Positions 1 through 9,267 of a stretch of 34,623 nucleotides of DNA are shown piece after piece (positions within the stretch are counted from its first letter, which is position 1; the number at the start of each line of letters is the position of its first letter). The translations under genes were made by a program, and so were the position numbers. The stretch is from a virus (taxonomy: Duplodnaviria > Caudoviricetes), in IMG/VR virus record IMGVR_UViG_3300048575_000501, positions 1-34,623 of that record; one strand, written 5' to 3'. The notes under the pieces were generated by a model that saw only the letters and a program-made list of their open reading frames with translations, ran no database searches and had not been told where the DNA came from.

Positions 1-2199
1 ATGACCGTCGCGCTTCCCGCAAACCGTGAATGGCTCACCGCCGCCGAAGCCGCCGCAGAGCAGCTTCCGAGTTTTCAATATGACGAGCGCCACATCAGGC
101 GTTTTCTCACCACAGGACAGATCGCATCCAGGCCGCGGCAAGGTACGCGCGGCCGTGAGTTCTCCTATCGCGATTTGCCCGAAGAAGCGCAGGCCGAATA
201 CCTGAAGCGTTACGGCCGCGCCACCACCGCGCTTGCGACCGACGACAAGCCAACGCGCGCGACAGAGAAGAAACTGCAGGCGCAGGCTCGCGCCGCGATC
301 GTCGATGCCGCCGAAGCGCTCATCGCGCGCAAGGGCAATGTCTCCGCAGCGCTCAAGACCCTCGCGAAGCTGTATAGCGCGCGCAAGGCCGGTGTGATGC
401 CTTGGGTTTACGAGAACCAAGCGTCGGCCGATCCCGACCAGGTCAGAACATGGCGCCGCAAGCTGCAGCGTGAAGGTCTTGATGGACTTCTCGATGGCCG
501 CGGCAAATCTGGCCGGCCGAATTCGATCGAAGCCGACCCGGAACTGAAGACACTCATCATCGCCGAAATCGGCGCACGCCCACATCTCGCCATTGCCAGC
601 GGCAAAGACGAAGAAGAAGGCGGCCTGCAGGGGATCATCCGCCGGCGCCTGGGGCGCGACATTCCGGTGCGCACATTGCAGCGCTATGTGGCGCCGCTGC
701 GTCCTGACCGCAATCCGCTGGTCAAAGCCCTTGCCGCGCCCGGCAAGTTCAAGAACTCGCACAAGACCGCGATCGGCTCGTATAGCCAGGATGTCGTTCG
801 CATCAACCAGCGCTGGGAAATGGATGCTACGCGCGGTGACGTGATGTGTGTCGTTACCGGGCCGGACGGAAAGCAGAGCGAGCGCCGCGTCGCCCTCACT
901 CAGGTTATCGACATCTTCACACGCCGCGCCTGCTTCGTCGTATCCGACCAGCCAAGCGGCGCGGCCACGCGCGCCACTGTGCGCAAAGCGATCCTCGCCT
1001 GGGGTATTCCCGAAACAATCAAAACCGACAACGGCAAGGAGTTTTCGAACTACGACGTCGAGCGGATGTGCCGCGAAGCCGGGATCACGCTGCAATACTC
1101 CCAACCCTTCCATCCTTGGGAGAAGCCGCACGTCGAGCGGATGTTCGGCACCATCCTGCATTGCTTGTTCGAAAAGCTTCCGGGCTATGTCGGGCACAGC
1201 GTCGCCGACCGCATCGAGATCGAAAATAAGAAATCGTTCCAGCACAAGTTCGGCGTTGACCGTCGCGTGTTGTTCGAAGTCGAGCTGTCGCCCGCAGACC
1301 TGCAGGCCCGCATCGATGCGTGGCAGACAAAGTTCTACGAGCAGGCTTTGCACATCGAGCTTGGGAATGCTCCCGCTTTGGTGGCCAGGGCTCACGCCCA
1401 CGAGGCAAAGCTTATCTCAGACGAGCGCATGCTTGATGCGCTGATGATGGACGCCAAGGTCTGTACGGTTTCAAAAGGTCTTATACGGTACAAAAACCGG
1501 TATTACGGATCGGACGAAACCGGCGCGATCGAGGTCACGCCGCGCTTCCACCGCAAGGTTCAGCTGCGTATCGATCCGCTCGATCCGTCATGGGCCGCGG
1601 TCTATTCGCCGGATGGCGCCGAGTTCCTCTGCATCGCCAAGGATGTTGACCAGCTCGAAAGCTCTGAGCGCCAGCGGATGGCCGTCGTCTGCAGCCAGAA
1701 CCAAGACAAAGTCGTCAACCTCTTTGTGCGCGGCATCCGCAAGGTTGGCGCCACGCACAACATCGTCGATGCGATGCTGGCATCGGAGGTTCCTGGCTTG
1801 ACCCTCTCGGGACCGGCTGCGGAGGGCATGATCCGCGCCGCGGCGCCGCAGATTGAGAAACACGTCAAGATGCTGACCGCACGATCCGACATGGATGCAC
1901 CGGTCGCACCGATCGAGGCAACGGCGGAAGAACTGGAGGCGGCTGCCCGCCTCACGTCGTCAACGACACCTAAGGCGCCGGTGGCGCGAACGGTCGAATG
2001 CAACGGCTACACGCGTCCGTTCTTTGAAGACGACGTCTATCTAGTTTTCTGGTGGGAAGAATTCGAGGCCGAAGGCGGCCGCCTGGACGAGGAAGACCTC
2101 GCCAAGCGCAAGGACCTGTATGGCGACGCAATGTTCTGCGAACGCCTGCGGGCCGCCCGCCTCGCCCGCACATCAACACAAGAACGAGGCTTCGCATGA
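1..2199 (+). CDS. MuA-like DDE transposase
   Basis: 732 aa; N-terminal Mu DNA-binding-like segment (EWLTAAEAA..LPS), DDE motifs WEMDAT / IKTDNGKEF / EKPHVERMF, C-terminal Mu-transposase beta region (GLIRYKNRYY..RIDPLD). Confidence 0.96.
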   Translation: MTVALPANREWLTAAEAAAEQLPSFQYDERHIRRFLTTGQIASRPRQGTRGREFSYRDLPEEAQAEYLKRYGRATTALATDDKPTRATEKKLQAQARAAIVDAAEALIARKGNVSAALKTLAKLYSARKAGVMPWVYENQASADPDQVRTWRRKLQREGLDGLLDGRGKSGRPNSIEADPELKTLIIAEIGARPHLAIASGKDEEEGGLQGIIRRRLGRDIPVRTLQRYVAPLRPDRNPLVKALAAPGKFKNSHKTAIGSYSQDVVRINQRWEMDATRGDVMCVVTGPDGKQSERRVALTQVIDIFTRRACFVVSDQPSGAATRATVRKAILAWGIPETIKTDNGKEFSNYDVERMCREAGITLQYSQPFHPWEKPHVERMFGTILHCLFEKLPGYVGHSVADRIEIENKKSFQHKFGVDRRVLFEVELSPADLQARIDAWQTKFYEQALHIELGNAPALVARAHAHEAKLISDERMLDALMMDAKVCTVSKGLIRYKNRYYGSDETGAIEVTPRFHRKVQLRIDPLDPSWAAVYSPDGAEFLCIAKDVDQLESSERQRMAVVCSQNQDKVVNLFVRGIRKVGATHNIVDAMLASEVPGLTLSGPAAEGMIRAAAPQIEKHVKMLTARSDMDAPVAPIEATAEELEAAARLTSSTTPKAPVARTVECNGYTRPFFEDDVYLVFWWEEFEAEGGRLDEEDLAKRKDLYGDAMFCERLRAARLARTSTQERGFA

Positions 2200-2495
2200 G
2201 CGCACACGCATTTTGCTGGGCATCTGGAGAAATCAAAATCGGCAAGCGCGTCCCAAAGGGCGCGCTTCCTCTTAACCTGCGCGGCGACGAGCGAAAGGTC
2301 AAAGCCTTCGTCGAGCGCTTTGCCCGCCACGCCTACGACGGCGTGACGATGTTGGTGCCGGGCGTCCCCGAAGCGCCGAACCAAGGCGTCGCGGTGAAGG
2401 CCCTCGCGCGTTTTTGCGACTGGATCCATTCCGCAGCGGTCGCGGATGGTCTGCGCGTCAACAATAAAGTTTCGAGCGAACACGCTGCCGAATAG
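2196..2495 (+). CDS. Conserved Mu-like phage early protein (99 aa)
   Basis: ATGA overlap with the transposase stop; AFCWASGEI..G..VP.GAL..ARHAYDG.T.LVPGVPEA resembles a recurring Mu-like prophage family. Confidence 0.75.
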   Translation: MSAHAFCWASGEIKIGKRVPKGALPLNLRGDERKVKAFVERFARHAYDGVTMLVPGVPEAPNQGVAVKALARFCDWIHSAAVADGLRVNNKVSSEHAAE

Positions 2496-2516
2496 GCGGC
2501 ACCTGGAGCATGTGAC

Positions 2517-3263
2517 ATGAGAACTGGTTTCTACGTTGAAGGGCTTTCCAACCACAGCCGCCTACTGGCGAAGCTGGAGGAAGTCCGCCATCGCGGCGCG
2601 CCGGAAGCGTGCTGGATTATGGCGATGGGCGAGCCCGGCTTCGGCAAGTCGAAGACATTGGCTTGGCTTGGCGTTCGGCAGAACGCGCTGATGCTGCGCG
2701 CCAAGGCCGAGATGAACGCGCTCTGGCTGCTCAACGAAATGGCGGAACAGCTCGGCATCGACACTGCCCGCACCAAGCAGCGGGCATTCAAGACTGTCCT
2801 GGCCGAGCTGATGGTCAAGCAGCCGATCATCATCATCGATGAAATCGATCACATCGCCCGCAAGCTGCTGTGCCTCGAAACACTGCGCGACCTGACGGAC
2901 ATGACGGAATGCGTCTTGGTGGCCGGTGGAACGTCGAACGCGCTGACCGCGATCAAGGGGTACAAGCAAATCCATTCACGCGTCTTCGACGTCGTCAACT
3001 TCGGCGCGGCAACCGCCGCCGACATCGCCACGATCGCGGACAACCTGATCGATGTGAAGATGGATCAGGCGCTGATAGCCCATATCCAGCACCGCACCGA
3101 AGGTCGCCTGCGTTTAATCATGAACGCACTCGCGCGGGTTGAAGCCTTCGGCCGTAAGGCGCGCAGCAAGACCGTCACCCTGGAAGACTTTGGCGCCACG
3201 CGTCAGCTCACCAATGACGAACGCTTGCGCCCTCAGCCCATGTTGGTGTCGAGCCATGGCTGA
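2517..3263 (+). CDS. MuB-like AAA+ transposition ATPase
   Basis: Walker A GEPGFGKS, Walker B IIIIDEID, C-terminal EGRLR; GGAG RBS upstream; follows the transposase. Confidence 0.93.
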   Translation: MRTGFYVEGLSNHSRLLAKLEEVRHRGAPEACWIMAMGEPGFGKSKTLAWLGVRQNALMLRAKAEMNALWLLNEMAEQLGIDTARTKQRAFKTVLAELMVKQPIIIIDEIDHIARKLLCLETLRDLTDMTECVLVAGGTSNALTAIKGYKQIHSRVFDVVNFGAATAADIATIADNLIDVKMDQALIAHIQHRTEGRLRLIMNALARVEAFGRKARSKTVTLEDFGATRQLTNDERLRPQPMLVSSHG

Positions 3264-3915
3264 CCAGAACACAATTCTGCGCACGTTGGCCGCGTCCCAG
3301 GGACCGATGACCCTTGACGAAGTCTGCCGCGCCGAATGCGGTCGTGACGCGCCGGTCGGCTCTGCCGAACGCAAGCAGGTGACCAAGGCTATCGGACGCC
3401 TGATCGGCCGCGGCCTTGTCCGCACCGTTCAGCCACAGGTCACAACGTTTCCGGCGAGCCATGGCGGATATGATGCGACCAAGGAAGGGCGCATGTTCGT
3501 TCAAGAAGGCCGTCGCGTGTCCGAGCATGTGCTCGACTATCCGGCCGTGACTAAGCCGAAGGAAGGCGCCAAAGCCAAAGGCGAAGCGTTTCGAGAGGCG
3601 CTGTGGAAGGCATTCCGGTTTTCCAAAAAGGCGACACTGCATGAGCTGATCGAAGTCGCCGGAGACCAGGGCGTTATTAAGGTTGAGACACTCGCCGGTG
3701 CCTGGATGAAAGCGTTGATCCGCGCCGGTGTCGCGGTCGAGCTGAAGGTGCGCGCGCACGGTTTCGCGCCGACATCGAACGGCTTCAAACGCTATGCCCT
3801 TGCGCGCGACCTGGGTGCCAAGGCGCCATCGATCGCGCACCACTTCATTATCGACAACAACTCGGGACAGCAGATCGCCTTCGACCAACCTGCCGCCTCG
3901 CGCGAGGTGGCGTGA
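3256..3915 (+). CDS. Winged-helix DNA-binding protein (two wHTH-like segments)
   Basis: ATG 3256 (MADQNTILRTL) overlaps the MuB end; MTLDEV..AIGRLIGRGLV..YDATKEG and ALWKAFR..TLHELI..LIRAG patterns. Confidence 0.7.
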   Translation: MADQNTILRTLAASQGPMTLDEVCRAECGRDAPVGSAERKQVTKAIGRLIGRGLVRTVQPQVTTFPASHGGYDATKEGRMFVQEGRRVSEHVLDYPAVTKPKEGAKAKGEAFREALWKAFRFSKKATLHELIEVAGDQGVIKVETLAGAWMKALIRAGVAVELKVRAHGFAPTSNGFKRYALARDLGAKAPSIAHHFIIDNNSGQQIAFDQPAASREVA

Positions 3916-4226
3916 TGGCAAAGTACACAGCCGAACGGTGGAAGGACCCCGCGTTCCGCGCACACATGGTGACGCTAACTCGGTTCATCCAACCGAAGGC
4001 CTCCGACGCGCGTCGCAAGCTCACGCGTGAGCGCCTCGAAAGCCTGCTTGCTGACTATGCCGAGCTACATCCGACCGGCCGGCGCCGGTATCGCTACTCC
4101 GGCAAAGAGATCGCGATCCGGTACGGCGTGTCGGCTGATCATGTTTACGATCTCGCGCAGCGCGCCGGCCTCCAGCGCTACGATGCCGCCAAGCGCGCAA
4201 CAACACTCGATCGCGAGGCCGCATGA
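3912..4226 (+). CDS. HTH-containing hypothetical protein
   Basis: Coupled to the upstream stop; YSGKEIAIRYGVSADHVYDLAQRAGL is HTH-like. Confidence 0.65.
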   Translation: MMAKYTAERWKDPAFRAHMVTLTRFIQPKASDARRKLTRERLESLLADYAELHPTGRRRYRYSGKEIAIRYGVSADHVYDLAQRAGLQRYDAAKRATTLDREAA

Positions 4227-4492
4227 CGGCGCTCTCTCCGAAGCAGCGCGCTGTGCGCAAGGTCGATATCGCGCTGGTAATCGCCGAGCTGCAGAACGCC
4301 ATCGTTGCCGCTCGCCTGATCGCCTGCGCCGGGCCGAACACGCTGACCCGCGAAACCTTCGCACTCGCGAGGGCTCACACCACGGCCGCGCTCGGCGGCA
4401 TCGAAGTCCTGCAGGGTGAGGCGCGCAAGAAGCCTGTCGCCGGCGAGATCGAGACATTTCTTGCCGAAGCAGCAAAGAGGGATCGGCGATGA
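4223..4492 (+). CDS. Hypothetical protein
   Basis: ATGA-coupled ORF in the early operon, 89 aa. Confidence 0.65.
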   Translation: MTALSPKQRAVRKVDIALVIAELQNAIVAARLIACAGPNTLTRETFALARAHTTAALGGIEVLQGEARKKPVAGEIETFLAEAAKRDRR

Positions 4493-4767
4493 AGACTATT
4501 GATGAAAAGGCGAGCCAAGACGAAGCAATCCAGACCTGCCCGTGTACTGGATGCACAAACCCGCGAGATCGCATCTACGGTCTATGCCGTCGCTGCCGCG
4601 CCATCGTGCGAGTTTGGCGCGTAGACGAAATCCAGGATGCCCACACCCGGATAGTCAACGCCCCCGACACCATCAGTAAGGCGAAGGCGACTAGTGCCTG
4701 GAATGATGTAATCAACGCCGTCGCTGCTGAGGCTGACGCATGGAGGGCGAAGTATGCCACGCGCTGA
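4489..4767 (+). CDS. Small Cys-rich putative zinc-binding protein
   Basis: ATGA-coupled; CPCTGC-x10-CRRC motif. Confidence 0.65.
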   Translation: MKTIDEKASQDEAIQTCPCTGCTNPRDRIYGLCRRCRAIVRVWRVDEIQDAHTRIVNAPDTISKAKATSAWNDVINAVAAEADAWRAKYATR

Positions 4768-5011
4768 GCCCTGCCCGATACCGGGATGCGACCACTTCAA
4801 GTTCGCCGGAAAGCCGTTCTGCCGCGACCACTGGCGAGCATTGAACACGTTCTGGCGATGCCTATTGGTCCGGTACCTCAACCATATGCGCGACGCCAAT
4901 CGAGACGGCGACAGCGAGAAGTTCCGCAGCTTCGCCCGGCAGTTCGAATACGCGCGCGATCGCGCCGCTGAAATCATCACCAACAAGGAGGGCATTGATG
5001 CCTCTGCTTGA
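4754..5011 (+). CDS. Small putative zinc-binding protein
   Basis: GGAGG RBS; CPIPGC-x10-CRDHW motif. Confidence 0.7.
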   Translation: MPRAEPCPIPGCDHFKFAGKPFCRDHWRALNTFWRCLLVRYLNHMRDANRDGDSEKFRSFARQFEYARDRAAEIITNKEGIDASA

Positions 5012-5234
5012 ACCGAACCGACATAGTCGCCGCTGGGGTCACGTAACTGGTCGGAGCGACCGGATCGACGTTGGCCGGATCAAAGCGTTAGCCGAAGACG
5101 CGCGAGAGCAGGTGTTCCTCGCCGACGAGGAATTGCCGGATGAGCGCAGCTCAAAAGGCCACATGCGCAAGGCCGGAACGCTGATCGGTCAGCTGCTGCA
5201 AGATCTGCAGAACGTCGCGAGGTATCCGCTATGA
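4995..5234 (+). CDS. Hypothetical protein
   Basis: AAGGAGG RBS upstream; tiles between its neighbours. Confidence 0.6.
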   Translation: MMPLLEPNRHSRRWGHVTGRSDRIDVGRIKALAEDAREQVFLADEELPDERSSKGHMRKAGTLIGQLLQDLQNVARYPL

Positions 5235-5635
5235 ACGCCGCCGAACAGCAGAAAGCCACGGAGGCCGCACAGCGCCGGCACACGGATGTGCAGGAGCGTG
5301 TGATTGAGGCCATTAGCGGCCTGCTGTCAAAGCGCGCCAGCCGCAAGCCGCTGGCCAATGACCGGTTGGACGATCTTCGGATCACGCGCGCCGATATCGG
5401 CACCCTTGGCCCGATCACCGCGAGGTTTGCGGTGGGGGAAAAGAACATCCCCGATTACGAAGCCGCGTTCGAGCGGGCGATGGCATCAATCTCTCTCGTA
5501 ACCGTCGACGATCTCGCCGCCGAGATCGTGCGCCATCTCTATCCCACGATCGAAACGATCCGCGGCAAGCAGGGCTTCGTGATCACCGACGAACTCGCCT
5601 CGATTGAACCGGAACGTTCGGAGGTGTCGCTGTGA
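5231..5635 (+). CDS. Hypothetical protein with acyl-carrier-protein-like sequence pattern (no DSL serine)
   Basis: GAGG RBS, ATGA coupling; TDVQERV..DDLRITRAD..IPD.EAA..TVDD mirrors the ACP consensus (product tentative). Confidence 0.6.
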   Translation: MNAAEQQKATEAAQRRHTDVQERVIEAISGLLSKRASRKPLANDRLDDLRITRADIGTLGPITARFAVGEKNIPDYEAAFERAMASISLVTVDDLAAEIVRHLYPTIETIRGKQGFVITDELASIEPERSEVSL

Positions 5636-6054
5636 ACATCAAAATCACTGGGCGCCTCGGGCCGGTCGGCGGCGGGACCTACGTTGATCGCGTGCGCGAT
5701 CGCTGGGGTGAGACCGTTCCCGATTGGTGCATTGCCCTCGCCAAATCGGCCGATGCGTACACCGAGCAGAACAAGAGCATGTCGGCGCTCGCCGGGTTTC
5801 TGGGCTGCACACCGGCTGTTCTCAACGCTGTGATCGGAAAGACCTATCGCGGCCGCTACGACCATGTTGAGCAACTCGTACGGGGCAAGCTGATGAGCCA
5901 ATCGGTGATGTGCGAGCCTCTTGGTATGAACGTTTCGCGCGACGTCTGTGCCATCAACCAGCGGCGCAAGCCATCGTCCGCCAGTCCATCTACCGCCAAG
6001 TTTCCGGGCGCTTGCCGGGCATGCCCGCACGCCACGGGAGGCACCAATGCTTAG
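5632..6054 (+). CDS. Mu-like phage transcriptional regulator (HTH plus Cys cluster)
   Basis: GTG start after GGAGG; WGETVPDW..LA, SALAGFLGCTPAVLNAVI..Y.G, VMCEPLG..C..ACRACPH. Confidence 0.75.
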   Translation: MNIKITGRLGPVGGGTYVDRVRDRWGETVPDWCIALAKSADAYTEQNKSMSALAGFLGCTPAVLNAVIGKTYRGRYDHVEQLVRGKLMSQSVMCEPLGMNVSRDVCAINQRRKPSSASPSTAKFPGACRACPHATGGTNA

Positions 6055-6229
6055 TCAGGATATCGACAGGGCCGCGCGCCGGATCGACGACATGGCGGCG
6101 AATGTGAACGAAGGCGGGCGCGTGAGCATGCGCGATCTGCGTGCTCTGCAATGCACACTGCGCGACCACGCCGCCACCGCGCGCGCCTTGGAAGTCAAGC
6201 TCGCCTTGGTCGAAGCGAGGCCGGCATGA
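6047..6229 (+). CDS. Hypothetical protein (60 aa)
   Basis: GGAGG RBS before ATG 6047 (MLSQDIDRAARR). Confidence 0.6.
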   Translation: MLSQDIDRAARRIDDMAANVNEGGRVSMRDLRALQCTLRDHAATARALEVKLALVEARPA

Positions 6230-6564
6230 GCGATGCCCGCGAATTCACCGACCCGGAACTCGGCGATCTGCCCGTCAAGCCGTTCGGCACGATGCGCGGT
6301 GGCCGCCCGTCGATCGACGTCGAAAACTTCGATGCGCTTCGCGCTGCCGCCCACGAACTGGCAGATGCCAGCCCGCGGATGTTGATGAGCCTGTCCATCG
6401 ATGAGTTGCGGGCATTCATCCGCTTTGCGGCGATCACGTCTGATGTGACGTGGCTGGCTTCCGACGCCGTTGCCGCCTCCGACGCGGGCGCACCACGAGG
6501 CGAAATAATCAAGAGGCAAGAGACACTGGCGGACTTCGTTCGCCCGCTGATTGGGAGGGAGTGA
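6226..6564 (+). CDS. Hypothetical protein
   Basis: ATGA-coupled start MSDAREFTDP. Confidence 0.6.
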   Translation: MSDAREFTDPELGDLPVKPFGTMRGGRPSIDVENFDALRAAAHELADASPRMLMSLSIDELRAFIRFAAITSDVTWLASDAVAASDAGAPRGEIIKRQETLADFVRPLIGRE

Positions 6565-6566
6565 CT

Positions 6567-6755
6567 ATGGATAGCTTGCTTACCGGCCTTGGAATTCTGG
6601 CTGCGATCGCGATTGTCCTCGGCTTATTCGCGGCGATCGCCGAGCCATATGTGATTTGGATCATCCTCCACGAGGAAGACGACGGCGATGTGCAGATGCT
6701 GTCCAGCCACATCGAGGACGTCACGGCGACGACTGGACGGAGCGGCGGACGATGA
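6567..6755 (+). CDS. Small single-pass membrane protein
   Basis: GGAGGGAG RBS; hydrophobic LLTGLGILAAIAIVLGLFAAIA followed by an acidic tail. Confidence 0.6.
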   Translation: MDSLLTGLGILAAIAIVLGLFAAIAEPYVIWIILHEEDDGDVQMLSSHIEDVTATTGRSGGR

Positions 6756-7348
6756 GCAGGAAAGCTAAGAAGGCCCCGGCCATTATCCTCCAGACGTGGG
6801 AAGAGGCCGATCGCGCGGTCGCCGAGATGGCCGAGCTGAGCGACATGATCACCACGACCACGGGTCGGCTCAACGCCGCAGTGGCACGGGTGACAGCCCG
6901 CTACACCGCCCGCACGGCTCCTTTTCAGGCGCGGCACGATGAGCTGTTAGCTGCGATCCAGGCCTATGCCGACGCCAACCGCGAGAAGCTCACGGACGGC
7001 GGCAAGACCAAATCGGCGAAGATGACGGCCGGCACAATAGGATGGCGCACCTGCCCGGCATCTGTCGCCTATGCGTCTGGGCTCAAGCTGGCTGACGTGG
7101 TGCTGAAGATCCTCGATCTCGTCGGCAGGCTGCAGAAGAAGGTCAGCAAGGACAAGGATGACGCCGAGGCCCGCCAGCAGCTCGTGCAGGCAGAAGGTTT
7201 CATCCGGCGCAAGATGGAGCCCAACAAAGAAGCGATGCTGAATGCGCCCGCCACCGCCGCCCTGGTAGAGGGAGTGCGGATCGTCACCGACAAGGAAGAG
7301 TTCTACGTCGACTTCTCGGTCGTTGATCTGCCGGAGCCGGTGTCATGA
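6752..7348 (+). CDS. gam: Mu Gam-like host-nuclease inhibitor
   Basis: LQTWEEADRAVAEM..IQAYADANREKLTDGGKTKS..GTIGWR..SV..IRRKMEPNKEAML..GVRIV..EEFY matches the Gam family pattern. Confidence 0.92.
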   Translation: MSRKAKKAPAIILQTWEEADRAVAEMAELSDMITTTTGRLNAAVARVTARYTARTAPFQARHDELLAAIQAYADANREKLTDGGKTKSAKMTAGTIGWRTCPASVAYASGLKLADVVLKILDLVGRLQKKVSKDKDDAEARQQLVQAEGFIRRKMEPNKEAMLNAPATAALVEGVRIVTDKEEFYVDFSVVDLPEPVS

Positions 7349-7692
7349 CCGAACGCCCAATCGAACTGCTGCTCGCCAGCGCCCCGCTGCGCAAGCTCCC
7401 GGACATCAGCAAGCGCGCGCCCGCGTTCGAGGCGGCCTGGGCAGCCGCACTAGCGGGCGATGCCGCTGCTCCAATCATGGTTCCTGAGGCGGCTGCAAAA
7501 CAGCTTTTAAAGACCGCTTTAGGGCTGTGCGAGGCGCTCGGCATCAACGGCGTCGAGCGCACGGAGATCTACAACGACCGGATTGACGCCGCTGAACAGG
7601 CGTCGCCGGCCGACCTCGACCAGCTCATCGCTACCGCCGCCGAAGAGCTGCTGAAGATCATGTCGGGAAAGCCAACGAAGGATGCCGCGTGA
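7345..7692 (+). CDS. Hypothetical protein
   Basis: ATGA-coupled, 115 aa. Confidence 0.65.
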   Translation: MTERPIELLLASAPLRKLPDISKRAPAFEAAWAAALAGDAAAPIMVPEAAAKQLLKTALGLCEALGINGVERTEIYNDRIDAAEQASPADLDQLIATAAEELLKIMSGKPTKDAA

Positions 7693-8147
7693 TGACCACC
7701 AACAACGACAATGTCGTCTGCCTGAAACAACCGATATCCGATACAGAAACCGATCGGCAGCGCTTTGAGGTATGGGCGACTGGCGCTCTCAGAGCTGACG
7801 AAGCGTCGAGCTTGTTGGCACGATCGCGCGGCGGAGACTACGTTCTGGCAACCGCGCGGGCCGCGTGGGCGGCTTGGCAGGCGGGCCGCACGGGCTTTCT
7901 TGTAGCTGCGAAGCGGCAACTGTCCGATCCCCGCGCTCGAGTTCTGCATGCCGAGGAGGCTGTGCGATCGCTTTGCCAGTTGGCGGGCGAAGATCCGGCC
8001 GACGCCGTTATGGTGCTTCTCACGGCCGCCGCTCACCTCAACAGCGTGTATTCTGTTAAGTCCCCCGACGACACGATGAAGGCACTGGCTAAGGCGCTTG
8101 GCTGCGCAACGGTCGCTGCCGAAGAGTTCTTCGGGGGTAAGCGATGA
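7689..8147 (+). CDS. Hypothetical protein
   Basis: Coupled ORF, 152 aa; RQRFEVWA..AWAAWQA phage-like motif. Confidence 0.65.
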   Translation: MMTTNNDNVVCLKQPISDTETDRQRFEVWATGALRADEASSLLARSRGGDYVLATARAAWAAWQAGRTGFLVAAKRQLSDPRARVLHAEEAVRSLCQLAGEDPADAVMVLLTAAAHLNSVYSVKSPDDTMKALAKALGCATVAAEEFFGGKR

Positions 8148-8764
8148 CCACTCGCAACGAACTCCTCGGTGCCGTGCATAAGGCGGCGAAGCTGGCGGGC
8201 CTCGACGAGGACACCTATCGCGACAAGCTGGAGCAGCTCACCGGCAAGCGCTCCGCCAAGGACTGCTCCGACGCGGAATTGAGTCTGGTTCTTAACAATT
8301 TCCACGTGAAACACACCCAGACCACCCACCCCCATCACACCAAGATCAAGGCGCTGTTCATCGCCTGCTATAACCTTGGCATCGTCGAGACCGGCACCGA
8401 CGCGGCGCTCGACGCGTTTGTCTCACGCCAGACCGGCAAGCTTCGCCTGACCTTCGTGACCCCGGCCGAAAGCGCCGCCGTCATCGAGCCGCTCAAGGAC
8501 ATGCTGCGCCGGGAGGGTGTGTCGGACCTCGACGCTGGCGGCATCGCCGTCCGCGCCAGCCTGTGCAAGGCGCAGTGGGCCAAGCTCTTCAAGCTCGGCG
8601 CGGTGCGTATCGAAAGCGTTTGGGCGCTCGACAATTGGGCGAGCCGCTTCTTCAAGGTGGGAACGCGCAGCGTCGATAGCTTCACCGCGCGTGAACTCGA
8701 CACGCTGGCCCGCCGCCTTGGCGGATGGGTCCGGCAGCGTCAGGCGCAAAGGGCCGTTGCATGA
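8144..8764 (+). CDS. gemA: GemA / Mu gp16 (DUF1018) family protein
   Basis: LGAVHKAAKLAGLDEDTYRDKLEQLTGKRSAKD..EL..VL..KIKAL..ALDAFV.RQTG..VIEPLK.M; directly upstream of the Mor-family gene. Confidence 0.9.
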   Translation: MTTRNELLGAVHKAAKLAGLDEDTYRDKLEQLTGKRSAKDCSDAELSLVLNNFHVKHTQTTHPHHTKIKALFIACYNLGIVETGTDAALDAFVSRQTGKLRLTFVTPAESAAVIEPLKDMLRREGVSDLDAGGIAVRASLCKAQWAKLFKLGAVRIESVWALDNWASRFFKVGTRSVDSFTARELDTLARRLGGWVRQRQAQRAVA

Positions 8765-9210
8765 CATCCGCGGCCGAAAAGATCGCCGAGCGAGCCCTGC
8801 CGCAGGTCTATACCGTCCTGTTCGAAGCGGGCGGATGGGCGGCGGTGGAAGGCTTTGCGGCGGTCTATGCCGGCCGCTACATCCGCGTCCCACGCGTCAA
8901 GCTCGGCGATCATCACCCGATCGTGCAGGCGGCCGGCCGGGCCGCCGCCGACGCCCTGGTCGAACGTTACGGCGGCGATCCGTCATTCGAAGTGCCGATG
9001 GGCGGGCACTCATTGAGGCTGCTGATCGTCCAGGATAACCTCGACCTGCCGGTGAACAAGCTCGCCGGCCTGCTTGGCTGCACCTATCGCCACGCCTGGA
9101 ATTTGCGTAAAGAGGCGATGGCGGGTAAATCGCGCGGTCAACGCCGCCGCGGCCGTCCCCCGGCGCCGCGCGATCCGCGCCAGACCGATATCGAAGACTT
9201 CCTGAGATAA
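8761..9210 (+). CDS. Mor/C-family transcription activator
   Basis: YAGRYIRVP and YGGDPSFEVP Mor-like motifs plus C-terminal HTH (VNKLAGLLGCTYRHAW); lies between gemA and the lysis genes. Confidence 0.8.
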   Translation: MTSAAEKIAERALPQVYTVLFEAGGWAAVEGFAAVYAGRYIRVPRVKLGDHHPIVQAAGRAAADALVERYGGDPSFEVPMGGHSLRLLIVQDNLDLPVNKLAGLLGCTYRHAWNLRKEAMAGKSRGQRRRGRPPAPRDPRQTDIEDFLR

Positions 9211-9211
9211 C

Positions 9212-9260
9212 GCCTCTGAATTTTTTCAGAGGCCATGTCGCGGCGGCGGCAGCGCATTGT
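9212..9260 (+). promoter_or_regulatory. Putative late (lysis) promoter: palindrome plus -10-like element
   Basis: GCCTCTGAA-TTTT-TTCAGAGGC (9212-9233, perfect 9-bp IR), then CATTGT at 9255-9260. Confidence 0.75.
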
Positions 9261-9267
9261 CGCCGCC

